Below, piece by piece: positions 29,963 through 39,462 of a stretch of 64,000 bases of DNA. Source of the DNA: a virus (lineage: Duplodnaviria > Heunggongvirae > Uroviricota > Caudoviricetes); the IMG/VR virus record IMGVR_UViG_2571042445_000002. The stretch is one strand, 5' to 3'. The position numbers and the translations under genes were made by a program. Positions within the stretch are counted from its first letter, which is position 1, and every line of letters starts with the position of its first letter. The notes under the pieces are model-generated. The model saw only the letters and a list, made by a program, of their open reading frames with translations. It searched no databases and was not told the origin of the DNA.

Positions 29963-31171
29963 ATGAGTCAGCAAGTAGAATCATCAAGCCTGGAGATCAT
30001 CTCAACCGCAATTGAAACGCTGCGGACACAAATCGCGCTTATACAGAAACGAAATCCGGGCGATGACCTGTCAAAGCGACTGCATGAGAGCGTCATTGCC
30101 ACTACAGATAACCTGGTGGCGGAAATCAACCAGCTCCTTGATGATGGGGCAGTTGATTACAATAAGCTGGTGGATCAGTTTGAGGAATATCAGCAAGCCG
30201 TTAATGATGGCTTGATCCGTTTTTCTCAAGTCACTGGTGTATCAGCGACAGTTGAAAGCCTGGGGGATGCAGTTAATCAATTTGCCGCGAATATGCGTAA
30301 TGAGATCGGCAATCTGGAGGCGCGTCTTGAGCAGGCAAATACACTGCGCAAATCTGCTGAAGTCGATTTGAGTCGTTACAAAAAAGACTATCCGCCAAGC
30401 CTGACAAAACGACTGGATGTTGCGGAGAAAGATAACCGCACGCTGAAAAGAGAGCGTCGGGAACTAAAAGAGCGTTTAACCAAGCTAAATCAGCAATGCG
30501 TTGAGTATCAAGGCGAACTCGTCACACTGCGTAAAAAGTTAGCAGCGGCGCAGAGCATTATTGAAACATTGAAACGAGAGTGCTCAGAGCTTGGTCATGA
30601 TCTGAATCGCGCCTGTGGCATGGGGCAAAGGCCAGAGACATTCCCGCTAATGTATGACGGAAGAGAAGCTATTGCCTATATCCATGAGTTTCCGCATGGT
30701 CTGGTCGCGGAGACTGGGCAACGTGGCGAAGCGTTGCTGACGGCAAATTACCATCAGCAAATCAGAACCAGCCGCCTGCTGACGATGGATGTGATCCCGT
30801 CAGTATGGGGAACGCCGCTTTACTACCGAATTCCTGGCTTCGAAACTGACTGGAATACCGACATAGACGAATGTCTGGCAGATAAAATTATGGCGTACCT
30901 TGAAACGGATTTTCCACGCTTGCATCGCCGGATTATGGACTCTAAGGATGCACCGATCGACGAATTGAAAATGCGTCCAGAGACGTTGGAGGCAATCAAG
31001 CAGACTGAGTTTGATACAGTGTTCAGTGTGGCCTGCATTCCAAGCAGCTTTCATGAAAGCATTCCGTTCATGCAGGGCGATCGCCGTCAGGAAATAATTG
31101 ATGCTTGCCGGGTATGGGCGAACGAGTGGGATAAGAAGAACGGTGGAGTTGAAAATCTTTACGGGAAATAA
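29963..31171 (+). CDS. coiled-coil hypothetical protein
   Basis: 402 aa; N-terminal half strongly coiled-coil; good RBS AAGGGAAC. Confidence 0.45.
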   Translation: MSQQVESSSLEIISTAIETLRTQIALIQKRNPGDDLSKRLHESVIATTDNLVAEINQLLDDGAVDYNKLVDQFEEYQQAVNDGLIRFSQVTGVSATVESLGDAVNQFAANMRNEIGNLEARLEQANTLRKSAEVDLSRYKKDYPPSLTKRLDVAEKDNRTLKRERRELKERLTKLNQQCVEYQGELVTLRKKLAAAQSIIETLKRECSELGHDLNRACGMGQRPETFPLMYDGREAIAYIHEFPHGLVAETGQRGEALLTANYHQQIRTSRLLTMDVIPSVWGTPLYYRIPGFETDWNTDIDECLADKIMAYLETDFPRLHRRIMDSKDAPIDELKMRPETLEAIKQTEFDTVFSVACIPSSFHESIPFMQGDRRQEIIDACRVWANEWDKKNGGVENLYGK

Positions 31172-31172
31172 T

Positions 31173-31206
31173 GTATTAGAAAATTAAAATTGTTTTTCTA
31201 ACATAT
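31173..31206. promoter_or_regulatory. operator-like inverted pair
   Basis: TGTATTAGAAAATTAA and inverted TTTTTCTAACATA at the entry to the ncRNA/tRNA island. Confidence 0.5.
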
Positions 31207-31322
31207 TGATTATGTAGTTAACTTAACATAGAATTTTTCGTGCTGGTGGGGAGCTTCCCATGTCGCTTGCGGGTTTGATAGTCACTTCATTGTCTTTCCC
31301 CACCAGCATCAAACAATTTTAA

Positions 31323-31336
31323 GTGTTAGAAAGTAA
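31323..31336. promoter_or_regulatory. operator-like motif GTGTTAGAAAGTAA
   Basis: motif family member. Confidence 0.4.
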
Positions 31337-32515
31337 ATTTTAAGGTAAGGGAAAGCTCCGGCACCGTGCAAATACATGCCCGGCAGGTTTAGTGCGTAAA
31401 GTGGTTTCAGCGAGAGCATTTTACGGAGTAAACGACAGTGACTTGAGCCACGGAAGGTCTTTTTATGGTGTTCATTGATGATGATCTGGCAGTGAGTATG
31501 TTAAGTGGGCCAGGCTGCATCGGGTCATCATCAGTGCACATCCTCAACGTTAAGGAGGCGCAGAGTTGGGTTTTCCTCTTATTTTGCTGACTCTGAGTCT
31601 CCTTAACGTTGCGGTAATGCACCTATGCGGATGTGGCCTTGCATTGTGTCTTGAAAGAATGGGGTAAGGCCGGGGATATCCTCAGGGGGAGGCACCCCCG
31701 CTGCAACGAACAGCCACAGACGGCAGTCGAGTGATGGAAACGTGCAAAGACTTTAAACCTCGTTACGGCTGGCGTGGCAAACGCGACAACCGAGACAGAG
31801 CGGTGACGGGCGGAGAGAGAGCCGCTTCAAGATAAAAGCCGACTATGGATTCCTTTCTGCGGGCCTTTGAAAGTGAATCTTGCTCAGGCAGTCGGCTTTT
31901 ATGTTGATACGTAGCGATAACCGCGACAGGCGCGGCGGTAAGTATGGCGGGGTTATTCCTTCCCCGTTGAGGACACCGAGTTGCCAGGTTGACCATACGC
32001 CTAAGTGGCAATACCGCGAGTGGGATATTTGCCCACCTTCGGGTGGGTGTTTTTTCAGTGTTTTCGTCATGGTTAGCGACTTTGCGGCGGTTTAGAACCC
32101 GACCATTAAAGTAAATGCAAACGATGATCTGATGATGGTAGCGGCCTAAGAAGCCTGACGCCACGGGGTATGAGTCGTCCCCCGTCAAAAAATCGACCGC
32201 AGAGTGTCCCCGTCTGTGTATTAGGGAACGGGGAGGCATAACAGGCAAGGGCGCTGGTGTGATTAACCAGATGAATGAGAAGGGTCAGGTCTTTCTGGTC
32301 AGCGCCCTTACCTGTTACGTCCCTCCCGCGTAACAGCCATTGGTTAATGGCTTTCTGGGATAATGTCTTGTAACGGGTATATCCCGTCATGCTGAAGGCG
32401 CTAATCACGCTGGAAGCCAGGGTTATGCATCCCCTGTTACCGAATTGCAGCCAGGGCGCGGTGCGCCGAAAAGCATACGGAGGTGGAAGCCCTCGCCGGA
32501 GACGTACCCGGCAAG

Positions 32516-32591
32516 TGATGGTGTAGCTCAGTGGTAGAGCAGTTGGCTGTTAACCAACTGGTCGGTGGTTCGAATCCACTCACCATCGCCA
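32516..32591 (+). tRNA. tRNA-Asn (anticodon GTT)
   Basis: 76 nt; acceptor gatggtg/caccatc, anticodon loop CTGTTAA, T-loop TTCGAAT, 3' CCA encoded. Confidence 0.85.
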
Positions 32592-32593
32592 AT

Positions 32594-32669
32594 GCCGGTT
32601 TAGCTCAGTTGGTAGAGCGCCTGCCTTGTAAGCAGGATGTCAGCGGTTCGAGTCCGTTAACCGGCACCA
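32594..32669 (+). tRNA. tRNA-Thr (anticodon TGT)
   Basis: 76 nt, 2 nt after tRNA-Asn; anticodon loop CTTGTAA; T-loop TTCGAGT; CCA encoded. Confidence 0.85.
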
Positions 32670-32671
32670 AC

Positions 32672-32760
32672 ACAACAGGTAAGGGTATTTTGCGACGTCG
32701 GAGATCGCCGAGCTTGGCAGAGGGTTCGAATCCCTACGAAGTACCCTTACCGTTGTGATG
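32672..32760 (+). ncRNA. tRNA-like hairpin element or pseudo-tRNA
   Basis: 15-bp stem acaacaggtaagggta/tacccttaccgttgt enclosing a T-arm-like GGTTCGAATCC; no full cloverleaf. Confidence 0.3.
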
Positions 32761-32857
32761 AATGCACAGGCTGATGTGCCGCAACTACAGTAGTGCGCGC
32801 TTTGCGGGGCTTGCTACAACCCTGTGTCGGAGTTCAGCACCGACCATCACAATCACT

Positions 32858-32944
32858 GGAGAGTAGGGAGCATGGTGCTCAAGCGGTCTTGAAAACCGTC
32901 CCATTGCGCAAGCGATGATGGTTCGATTCCATTACTCTCCGCCA
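32858..32944 (+). tRNA. tRNA-Ser-like (anticodon TGA), long variable arm, atypical D-arm
   Basis: acceptor ggagagt/actctcc, anticodon loop CTTGAAA, long variable arm, T-loop TTCGATT, CCA encoded. Confidence 0.5.
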
Positions 32945-33200
32945 GCGCAACGTTAAGAGTATTTGGCTAATTAAGCGAATGCCGGAAGCAGAACCGGATC
33001 ACCAAATGCTCTTACCATTGCGGTGAATGCGGCTAAGCGCACGCGGAACAGTTAAAACAGTAAAGGTGGTCTTTTTACTGGCGTAACGAGAATCCATAAG
33101 TGATCCGGCGTTAATTGTTAACTGGTTAACGTCACCGGGAGGCACCCGGCACCGCAACCTAACAGCAATGGCGTTTTGTCTTAAAAGGTGGCTGCAAGTG

Positions 33201-33329
33201 ATGGATTTTTGGGCGTTTGCCGATAAAAACCCGGAGTGGACATTATTGTTTCTGCTGGTGGTTGCATACGGGGTAGAGCAAGCGGCAAAAGCCTTACGCG
33301 GTTCTGGCAAAAAGCGTAAGCGTAATTAA
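33201..33329 (+). CDS. small membrane peptide (42 aa)
   Basis: ATG ORF MDFWAFADKNPEWTLLFLLVVAYGVEQAAKALRGSGKKRKRN, one TM helix plus basic tail; below the ORF-track size cutoff. Confidence 0.25.
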   Translation: MDFWAFADKNPEWTLLFLLVVAYGVEQAAKALRGSGKKRKRN

Positions 33330-33338
33330 CAGTAATCT

Positions 33339-33414
33339 GGCCCTTTAGCTCAGTGGTTAGAGCGGGCGACTCATAATCGCACGGTCACCGGTTCAAGTCC
33401 GGTAGGGGCCACCA
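33339..33414 (+). tRNA. tRNA-Ile2 (anticodon CAT, lysidine type)
   Basis: 76 nt, nearly identical over D-arm and anticodon arm to E. coli tRNA-Ile2 as I recall it; CCA encoded. Confidence 0.8.
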
Positions 33415-33866
33415 CATTTGGTTGTAACACGGCGTATGGCACATGCGTCGTTAGCGGTCTGGTGTAGCTGTTAGGTACCTTTTACTAACACTGCATGGGC
33501 ACACCAGGTAGCCGGAATGTGCAAGCCCCGTTCATAGCGTCGGACTGCGGATTCACCATCCTGGCGATTCGGTGTGACAGCCGGAAGAGCACGGCGTACA
33601 ACAGGAAAAGGCGTTTAATTAGCGTGAGCGCCGTTTCCGTTGTGGTAATTGCGGCTATGCGCTCGTGACGAAGCCATTTTCATTCACTACGTTCTGATAA
33701 GTGTCGTCGCCGGGCGTGGCTAACCTGGCAGGTGGAGGCACCACCGCCACAACTCCTTTCAATTCATCATATAGCCGCTCAGGCTGTAACCCTTAATTAA
33801 TACGAAGTTACGACGTCACTACCGGTTCAGCCGGGGGATAGTCGCGCGTGTAAAAAAGGAGACGTT

Positions 33867-34442
33867 ATGTTAACGGCGAACGATAACGCGTATTCAGAAG
33901 ATGATCTCGTTTTGAGTGACTTTATAGGGCGACGAGAATGCTGGACGCAAAAGCGCGAGGAGCTTTATGCAGCGTTAGTTCGTAAAGGCGTCAACATCGA
34001 AACCGCACAGAACGGTGATATGACAGTGGTAAGTGTTGGACTGCACGGCGTAAGTGTGTCAGCAATCAATCATGAGCCGTACATTGCGTTATCCGAGTCG
34101 ATGGTAAGGTTAGTTAAGTTCCTGAAGTACACAGAAGCGAATAACGTGATCATCGCCAAAAAGAACATCCCGTTCTCATCGGCCTTTTACTGGATGATGA
34201 AGGGGCTTGATGCCCGGCGAACATCATGGCCTAAAGGGAGCTATATATCGATGCTCCGTGGCAGTGTTGGTAGCAAAGAAAAGCTCGTCGAATTCCTGCC
34301 GGAAGAGGCATTCGATATTGTTGAAGGTTGTGATGTGATGGTTATGCCTCGCCTGGTAATGATGAATGGGGATTTACAGGCGCAGACAGACTGGTTTGCA
34401 ACTGGAGTTGATATTATCGCTACTGACTGGGAGGTTTTTTGA
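33867..34442 (+). CDS. DUF2829 (Tad2-like) domain protein with N-terminal extension
   Basis: 191 aa; C-terminal region has the W-x3-G-x3-RR-x2-W-x-G signature (FYWMMKGLDARRTSWPKG) and the DIIATDWEVF end. Confidence 0.4.
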   Translation: MLTANDNAYSEDDLVLSDFIGRRECWTQKREELYAALVRKGVNIETAQNGDMTVVSVGLHGVSVSAINHEPYIALSESMVRLVKFLKYTEANNVIIAKKNIPFSSAFYWMMKGLDARRTSWPKGSYISMLRGSVGSKEKLVEFLPEEAFDIVEGCDVMVMPRLVMMNGDLQAQTDWFATGVDIIATDWEVF

Positions 34443-34822
34443 TGTACGAGGCTACTAAATTACGCACTGAGGATGCGATGCACATTGGTTGGGACATCAT
34501 CACCTGCAAGATAACATCATGCAAGGCTACACGCACAGACGCCGGACACAAGAGCACAATATCAGGTTATGTCGTGATGTCAGTCAGGAGTGTGCGCATA
34601 CGCTTCAGATGGAAAGCCTGCCAGGTTACATCATCAATGCCGCTTACCGTCGAGCAGGATTATTTATGCTTACCCGAAATAGACGGAGCGTTGCTGGTGG
34701 GCAATAGTGGTCGAAAAGCCGATTTTGAAGCCAGTCTGAAGATGGCGCAGGCGGTGATCAACAAACATAAAGGGAAGTGGGAGGCAAAAGTTAAGCATGT
34801 TGTTCGTTTATCCCGCTGGTAG
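34439..34822 (+). CDS. hypothetical protein
   Basis: 127-aa ORF coupled to the upstream gene; an alternative-frame ORF overlaps it. Confidence 0.3.
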   Translation: MMYEATKLRTEDAMHIGWDIITCKITSCKATRTDAGHKSTISGYVVMSVRSVRIRFRWKACQVTSSMPLTVEQDYLCLPEIDGALLVGNSGRKADFEASLKMAQAVINKHKGKWEAKVKHVVRLSRW

Positions 34823-34855
34823 TGTTAGCAAATTGATATTAATTTTCTAATACAT
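34823..34855. promoter_or_regulatory. operator-like inverted pair upstream of the Lpa-like gene
   Basis: GTGTTAGCAAATTG and inverted TAATTTTCTAATACA. Confidence 0.5.
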
Positions 34856-34929
34856 CATGTTTTTGACAGTCTTCTCAGTATTAACAAGCTGATTATCATC
34901 CCCTCGGTCTTTTTCTATCCGGGGGATAA

Positions 34930-35322
34930 ATGGAGCAAATCAGTAGCGCCGAAATAGCGGATATCATGATCAGGGCTAACTGCTATCTGACGGTCACCGA
35001 AATCACCAGCCGTGCAAAAGCACAATATCCTCACCTTCATGTGTCGCGCGTAAACGTAAATAACATCATACGTTTTTTTGTTCGTTCCAGTCGTGCCATT
35101 TGCGAAATAGACGACCGCGTATACCCCCGGAAATATTGGTTACATGGCCTGAATGGATACCAGTTCAAGGTGCGCGGGCGCACTCCTGAATTCGGTCGGC
35201 TGTTGGTGAAAAACACCAACCGAAAGATAGAAGCTCAATTACGAAAGGAGCAGCGTCAGTTGGTGGCGATGACTAACCAGCTATGGAACGCCGCTGTGAA
35301 AAAACGTGAGGCTTCCCTATGA
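34930..35322 (+). CDS. Lpa-like late promoter activator (putative)
   Basis: 130 aa basic protein upstream of pacA-pacB (P1 order lpa-pacA-pacB-c1) and preceded by an operator pair. Confidence 0.4.
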   Translation: MEQISSAEIADIMIRANCYLTVTEITSRAKAQYPHLHVSRVNVNNIIRFFVRSSRAICEIDDRVYPRKYWLHGLNGYQFKVRGRTPEFGRLLVKNTNRKIEAQLRKEQRQLVAMTNQLWNAAVKKREASL

Positions 35323-36683
35323 CGTTAATTAACTGGGAAGCGCATCGAGCTAAGTTCCTGGAGTTAAGAGAAGAAACCGGGATCACCATAAAAGAATATT
35401 GCGAGCAGCATGACCTCAGCTTTAACACCGCCAGAAAGCATCTCAATATGAAAAAAAATGAGGTTAAGGCGAAAGCTAAGGCTACCGGGAAAAGTACAAA
35501 ACAGCGCGCAAAAAGCAGTGCCACCGGCTCAAAAAAAGAGCAAAAAAAGGCTAATAAAAGCACAGAATTTACAAAAACTGACAAATCGTTGGCTGGTGGA
35601 CGGTTCCGCGCCATGCCGCAAAAACAAAATGCGGATCACAAAGAAAAGCCAAGTAATAACAACAAGATACACAAGGATGTGAAGGGATCATTTTGTGATG
35701 AAATGGGAGAAATGATCCCTAAAAGCAGCGATAAAGCCCAACGAAACAAGGGATCATTGCAAATGATCCCTGATTCATCAGCTCAAAGCACCACTTTGCC
35801 TGCCACCAACGTCGCCCGTGAGATGATGAAGAACGGCGCGACTGAACATTTACGACTTGCGATACAGATGGCGCAGGAACGAGCAATTCAGTATCAGGCT
35901 ATCGTTGACCAGGAAGCGGAGCGACTACAGGAAGAGATTGACGCTCTCGGTGATACACAGCCAGAGGGGATGCACCCAGGGCAGCGTCTTCTCGGACTGA
36001 TCAGCGATGCGGCCTACTACATGAATGACTTTATCACCAGGCTGGCAGCCATCTATCAGAACGAGCAGAAGCTACGCCAGGGGGATGAAAAACTTGCGCA
36101 GGGCGCGCGTCAGCAGGCATTCAGGGAGGCTGAGGCCAGAGAAAAACTGGCGATTGCCCGCCTACAAGCCGAGCAGCGTGGCAAGGAGATTGAGTATCGC
36201 ATTGGCGCTGACGCACGCGCCGCCAGGGTTATCGCCGCCGCTATACGTATGCGTGAGCGCGAGGAGCTGGATGATATAGGTGTTGCTGAATATATCGAGC
36301 GGCAGGGCGTCAGTGTCCCGGCTATCCTGGCGGCACGAGCGGCAAAAGCGATCTCACTTCTGGAGCCTCCGGTTTCTGACGTTAACGATGTTGATGATGA
36401 GCAACTGGATAAAGAGGCGAAGCAGTTTGCCGAGCAACAAGCTGGACTCCCACAATGGCTTGCACAACGCCGGGCTGAAGTAGCGAAAATCGTTGATAGG
36501 CTTGGGATGGGGGATTACGACCGGAACGGAGAACGTAAAGCCGGTGAATTTGAGGCCAATGATGAAGACCTGAATATAGACCCTTCCGCCACGGCTGATA
36601 TCTACGGTGATTATGACGCGGGGGATACCGGTTTTGATGCTGTAGATGACGAGATTGCGATAGACCAGCCGGAGGATGACTAA
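35319..36683 (+). CDS. pacA: PacA-like terminase small subunit
   Basis: 454 aa; basic Lys-rich N-terminal region, acidic C-terminus; contains the GATC-rich candidate pac site; precedes the terminase ATPase. Confidence 0.5.
   Translation: MTLINWEAHRAKFLELREETGITIKEYCEQHDLSFNTARKHLNMKKNEVKAKAKATGKSTKQRAKSSATGSKKEQKKANKSTEFTKTDKSLAGGRFRAMPQKQNADHKEKPSNNNKIHKDVKGSFCDEMGEMIPKSSDKAQRNKGSLQMIPDSSAQSTTLPATNVAREMMKNGATEHLRLAIQMAQERAIQYQAIVDQEAERLQEEIDALGDTQPEGMHPGQRLLGLISDAAYYMNDFITRLAAIYQNEQKLRQGDEKLAQGARQQAFREAEAREKLAIARLQAEQRGKEIEYRIGADARAARVIAAAIRMREREELDDIGVAEYIERQGVSVPAILAARAAKAISLLEPPVSDVNDVDDEQLDKEAKQFAEQQAGLPQWLAQRRAEVAKIVDRLGMGDYDRNGERKAGEFEANDEDLNIDPSATADIYGDYDAGDTGFDAVDDEIAIDQPEDD
35680..35772. 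promoter_or_regulatory. candidate pac packaging site (four AGGGATCATT elements)
   Basis: GATC at 35686, 35714, 35752, 35765 as two inverted pairs within pacA; P1 pac is a cluster of Dam-site hexamers inside pacA. Confidence 0.4.
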
Positions 36684-38191
36684 TGGCTGGTGGTCGTAAG
36701 ATTAAGTGCGTCACCAGTGATCCACGTTGGCGCGATATGGTTATCAGGTATCGATACAACTTTACCCAGGCGGTTGTCGATATTTTTGGGATGTTCCCCT
36801 CCCACCAGCAGCAGCAGATCATTCAGTCAGTGCAGGAGACGGGGAGCAGGACGACCGTTACGTCCGGACACGGAACGGGTAAGTCGTCCCTTACCGCGAT
36901 GTTGCTACTAATTTTCATGATCCTGTTCCCCGACGCCCGCGTCATTATTGTTGCGAACAAAATAGGCCAGGTAAAAACAGGCGTATTCAAATACGTGAAA
37001 CAGTTTTGGGCGAATGCTGTTAAGCGTCACGGCTGGTTACAGACCTATTTTGTCCTGTCTGACACCATGTTTTATGAGCGTTCCCGTAAAGGGATATGGG
37101 AAGTGCTCTGTAAAGGTTATCGACTCGGTAACGAAGAGGCACTGGCGGGGGAGCACGCTGAGCATTTACTGCTAATCCTTGATGAAGCATCGGGCATATC
37201 CGATAAGGCGATTAACGTCATGACGGGGGCGTTAACGCAGAAAGATAACCGTATGCTCATGCTTTCCCAGCCTACGCGTCCAAGCGGTTACTTTTATGAA
37301 TCTCACCATTCAAGGGCAAAGGCAGAAGGCAATCCGGAAGGTGTCTGGACGGCAATAGTCCTTAACTCTGAAGAATCACCATTCGTTGAACCGAGCTTTA
37401 TTCGTGAGAAATTGCTGGAGTACGGCGGCAGGGATTCGCTGGAGTACATGGTTAAGGTGCTGGGCCAGTTCCCGCGTGCAATTAACGGGTATTTGCTTGG
37501 TCGTGATGAGTGCGACCGCGCCGCACGGCGTAAAGTGTTGCTGGAGAAAGATTGGGGCTGGGTAGCGACCGCTGACGTCGGTAATGGTCGCGACAAATCG
37601 GTGCTCAATATATGCAAAGTATCCGGTTATCGTGAGAAACGACGCGTTGTGAACTTTAAGATACTGGAGATGCCAGGCACTATGGACCCGTTGGCTTTTG
37701 CCGACTTTATCTATAACGAATGCACTCCTGATAAATACCCGAACATCACCATTGCTGTGGATGCTGATGGCTTTGGTTCAGATACGTGTGCGCAGCTTGT
37801 CCGCCGTGGTGCTAATCCCGTTCGCATCCGTTGGGGTAAGCCTATGTTTGCGCTGAGAGACAGAGAACGCTTTGTCAATCAGCGTGCTTACGCCAATATT
37901 ATGGCAGGGGATGCCATTAAATCCGGGCGTATGCGTATCGATAGTGACCCCAAAACCGCAGATCAGGCATCAAAAATCCCGTATATGCTTAACGAAGAAG
38001 GGAAGGTAGCGATGATGCGCAAGGAGCACATGCGGCAGAAGTTAAACATCAAGTCACCGGACAGATGGGATACCTACTGCTTCACTATGCTGGTGGATTA
38101 CGTGCCTGCTAATGAAGACATTGGCGCAGAACTCGCAACATTCCGCGATCAGGTGTTGGCAGAAGTGGATATTCCTGATATTGACATTTAA
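36683..38191 (+). CDS. pacB: PacB-like terminase large subunit
   Basis: 502 aa; Walker A-like SGHGTGKSSL; ATGA overlap with pacA. Confidence 0.55.
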   Translation: MAGGRKIKCVTSDPRWRDMVIRYRYNFTQAVVDIFGMFPSHQQQQIIQSVQETGSRTTVTSGHGTGKSSLTAMLLLIFMILFPDARVIIVANKIGQVKTGVFKYVKQFWANAVKRHGWLQTYFVLSDTMFYERSRKGIWEVLCKGYRLGNEEALAGEHAEHLLLILDEASGISDKAINVMTGALTQKDNRMLMLSQPTRPSGYFYESHHSRAKAEGNPEGVWTAIVLNSEESPFVEPSFIREKLLEYGGRDSLEYMVKVLGQFPRAINGYLLGRDECDRAARRKVLLEKDWGWVATADVGNGRDKSVLNICKVSGYREKRRVVNFKILEMPGTMDPLAFADFIYNECTPDKYPNITIAVDADGFGSDTCAQLVRRGANPVRIRWGKPMFALRDRERFVNQRAYANIMAGDAIKSGRMRIDSDPKTADQASKIPYMLNEEGKVAMMRKEHMRQKLNIKSPDRWDTYCFTMLVDYVPANEDIGAELATFRDQVLAEVDIPDIDI

Positions 38192-38192
38192 A

Positions 38193-38212
38193 AGCCCCGG
38201 CGATTCGGGGCT
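38193..38212. terminator. bidirectional hairpin between convergent genes
   Basis: agcccc-ggcgattc-ggggct. Confidence 0.4.
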
Positions 38213-38228
38213 TGTGGGTGGCTTGCGA

Positions 38229-39266
38229 TTACCAGAGTTTTGCCGCGTACATCGTTTGTGTGAATGTGTACCCATAGCGTTCTTCAACGCTTTTACCGTA
38301 TTTTTTCCTGGCTTCAGTAAGGCGGATGCCTGTCAGGTCATCGCCGGAGGCAATCATAACTTCCAGTAGTTCCAGGTCCATTTTATCCAGCCTTGCCATT
38401 GCATCTTTAGCCTCTTGAATTTTCCGGCTAACGATCTGGTGTATGGCTGGATCGGCTTCGGCCAGCATTTTATCTGATTTGTTTTTTAAACTCTGATTGC
38501 GGATATCAATGTTTCTCAGGATATATGACTTCACGACGTAGCTTGGCTGCTGCTTTTCCAGATCACGAACCCGATAAAGGTCAAATTCGCCGAGAAGTCC
38601 GCACGGAAGCGGTTTAATGCCAGTGTAAATGGTAAGGGTGCGGCGCTCACCAACGTTGTTAACAACGGGAATCTCTGTGTTTGCTTTTTTTGCAAAGATC
38701 AGCGCACCGTGCGTACCCACTCTGAAGCGTGAAAGTCCATTGTTGCCCTCAATATTGGTGGTAATCACCACATCGGTATAACCTTCTTTTCTTGCGCGGT
38801 ATACCTCGCCCTCACGTTCAGCGGCGAAGAATCTGCGTTCTTCTTCAAGCGCACCGACAACCTGTGAAAATATCCTGTTTTTCATGCTTTTCTTTATAGT
38901 TTTATCGTATTTTTTCAACAGGTCTTCGCGCGTAAATGTTCTCGTTGTGGTTGCGCTTTGCATAACGATATGCGTACTCTGATTAGTATCCTCAACAATG
39001 AATGGGATCGGTAAATAAACCGACTCAACAATGTTTGAGGCTTTGTCATCATCCTTGCGACACAGATCAACAAAGGCTTTCCATTCGGCTATGCATTTTT
39101 CAGCTTCTTCTAATACAGCCGGATCATGTGTTAATGCAACATGGCGAAATTCCTCGCCAACATAACTGGTATCATGGAAAACAGAGTTTGCGACCACCAG
39201 CTCTTTCCACCGTTCAGCGGTTTGCAGGAACCGTTTGTACTCATTCTCGATCGACTTCTTACTCAT
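38229..39266 (-). CDS. candidate master repressor (C1 position); function unproven
   Basis: 345 aa from the internal Met (MSKKSIENEY); convergent with pacB as P1 c1 is; operator motifs in its own 5' region. Confidence 0.3.
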   Translation of the reverse strand: MSKKSIENEYKRFLQTAERWKELVVANSVFHDTSYVGEEFRHVALTHDPAVLEEAEKCIAEWKAFVDLCRKDDDKASNIVESVYLPIPFIVEDTNQSTHIVMQSATTTRTFTREDLLKKYDKTIKKSMKNRIFSQVVGALEEERRFFAAEREGEVYRARKEGYTDVVITTNIEGNNGLSRFRVGTHGALIFAKKANTEIPVVNNVGERRTLTIYTGIKPLPCGLLGEFDLYRVRDLEKQQPSYVVKSYILRNIDIRNQSLKNKSDKMLAEADPAIHQIVSRKIQEAKDAMARLDKMDLELLEVMIASGDDLTGIRLTEARKKYGKSVEERYGYTFTQTMYAAKLW

Positions 39267-39279
39267 TATTCCTACTCGA

Positions 39280-39296
39280 TTTAGTTTTCTAACATA
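39280..39296. promoter_or_regulatory. operator-like motif in the candidate repressor promoter
   Basis: TTTAGTTTTCTAACATA about 15 bp upstream of the proposed start. Confidence 0.5.
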
Positions 39297-39366
39297 AAAG
39301 TCCTGTGACAAATTTATGCCGAATAACAAGGTGAGTAAAGGATAAAACCGCTTTTTTTTGATTGTT

Positions 39367-39383
39367 CCTATTAGAAAATGTAA
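39367..39383. promoter_or_regulatory. operator-like motif
   Basis: CCTATTAGAAAATGTAA. Confidence 0.45.
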
Positions 39384-39462
39384 CCAGGAGCGGCTACCGC
39401 ATGGCTGACGGATTTGCGAAGTGATCTGGTCGGTGTTTTTTTTTGGGAAAAAGTCCCGATTT

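Noticed and set aside
31407-32758. ORFs 31407-31622, 31763-32248, 32106-32408 (minus) and 32531-32758 (plus)
   Set aside because: Arg/Pro-rich, non-protein-like compositions; the last spans two tRNA genes. The region is better read as non-coding RNA.
34489-34707. Alternative-frame ORF overlapping the 34439-34822 gene
   Set aside because: It is fully nested in another ORF that is translationally coupled to its upstream gene; cannot be resolved without data, so the longer coupled frame was kept.
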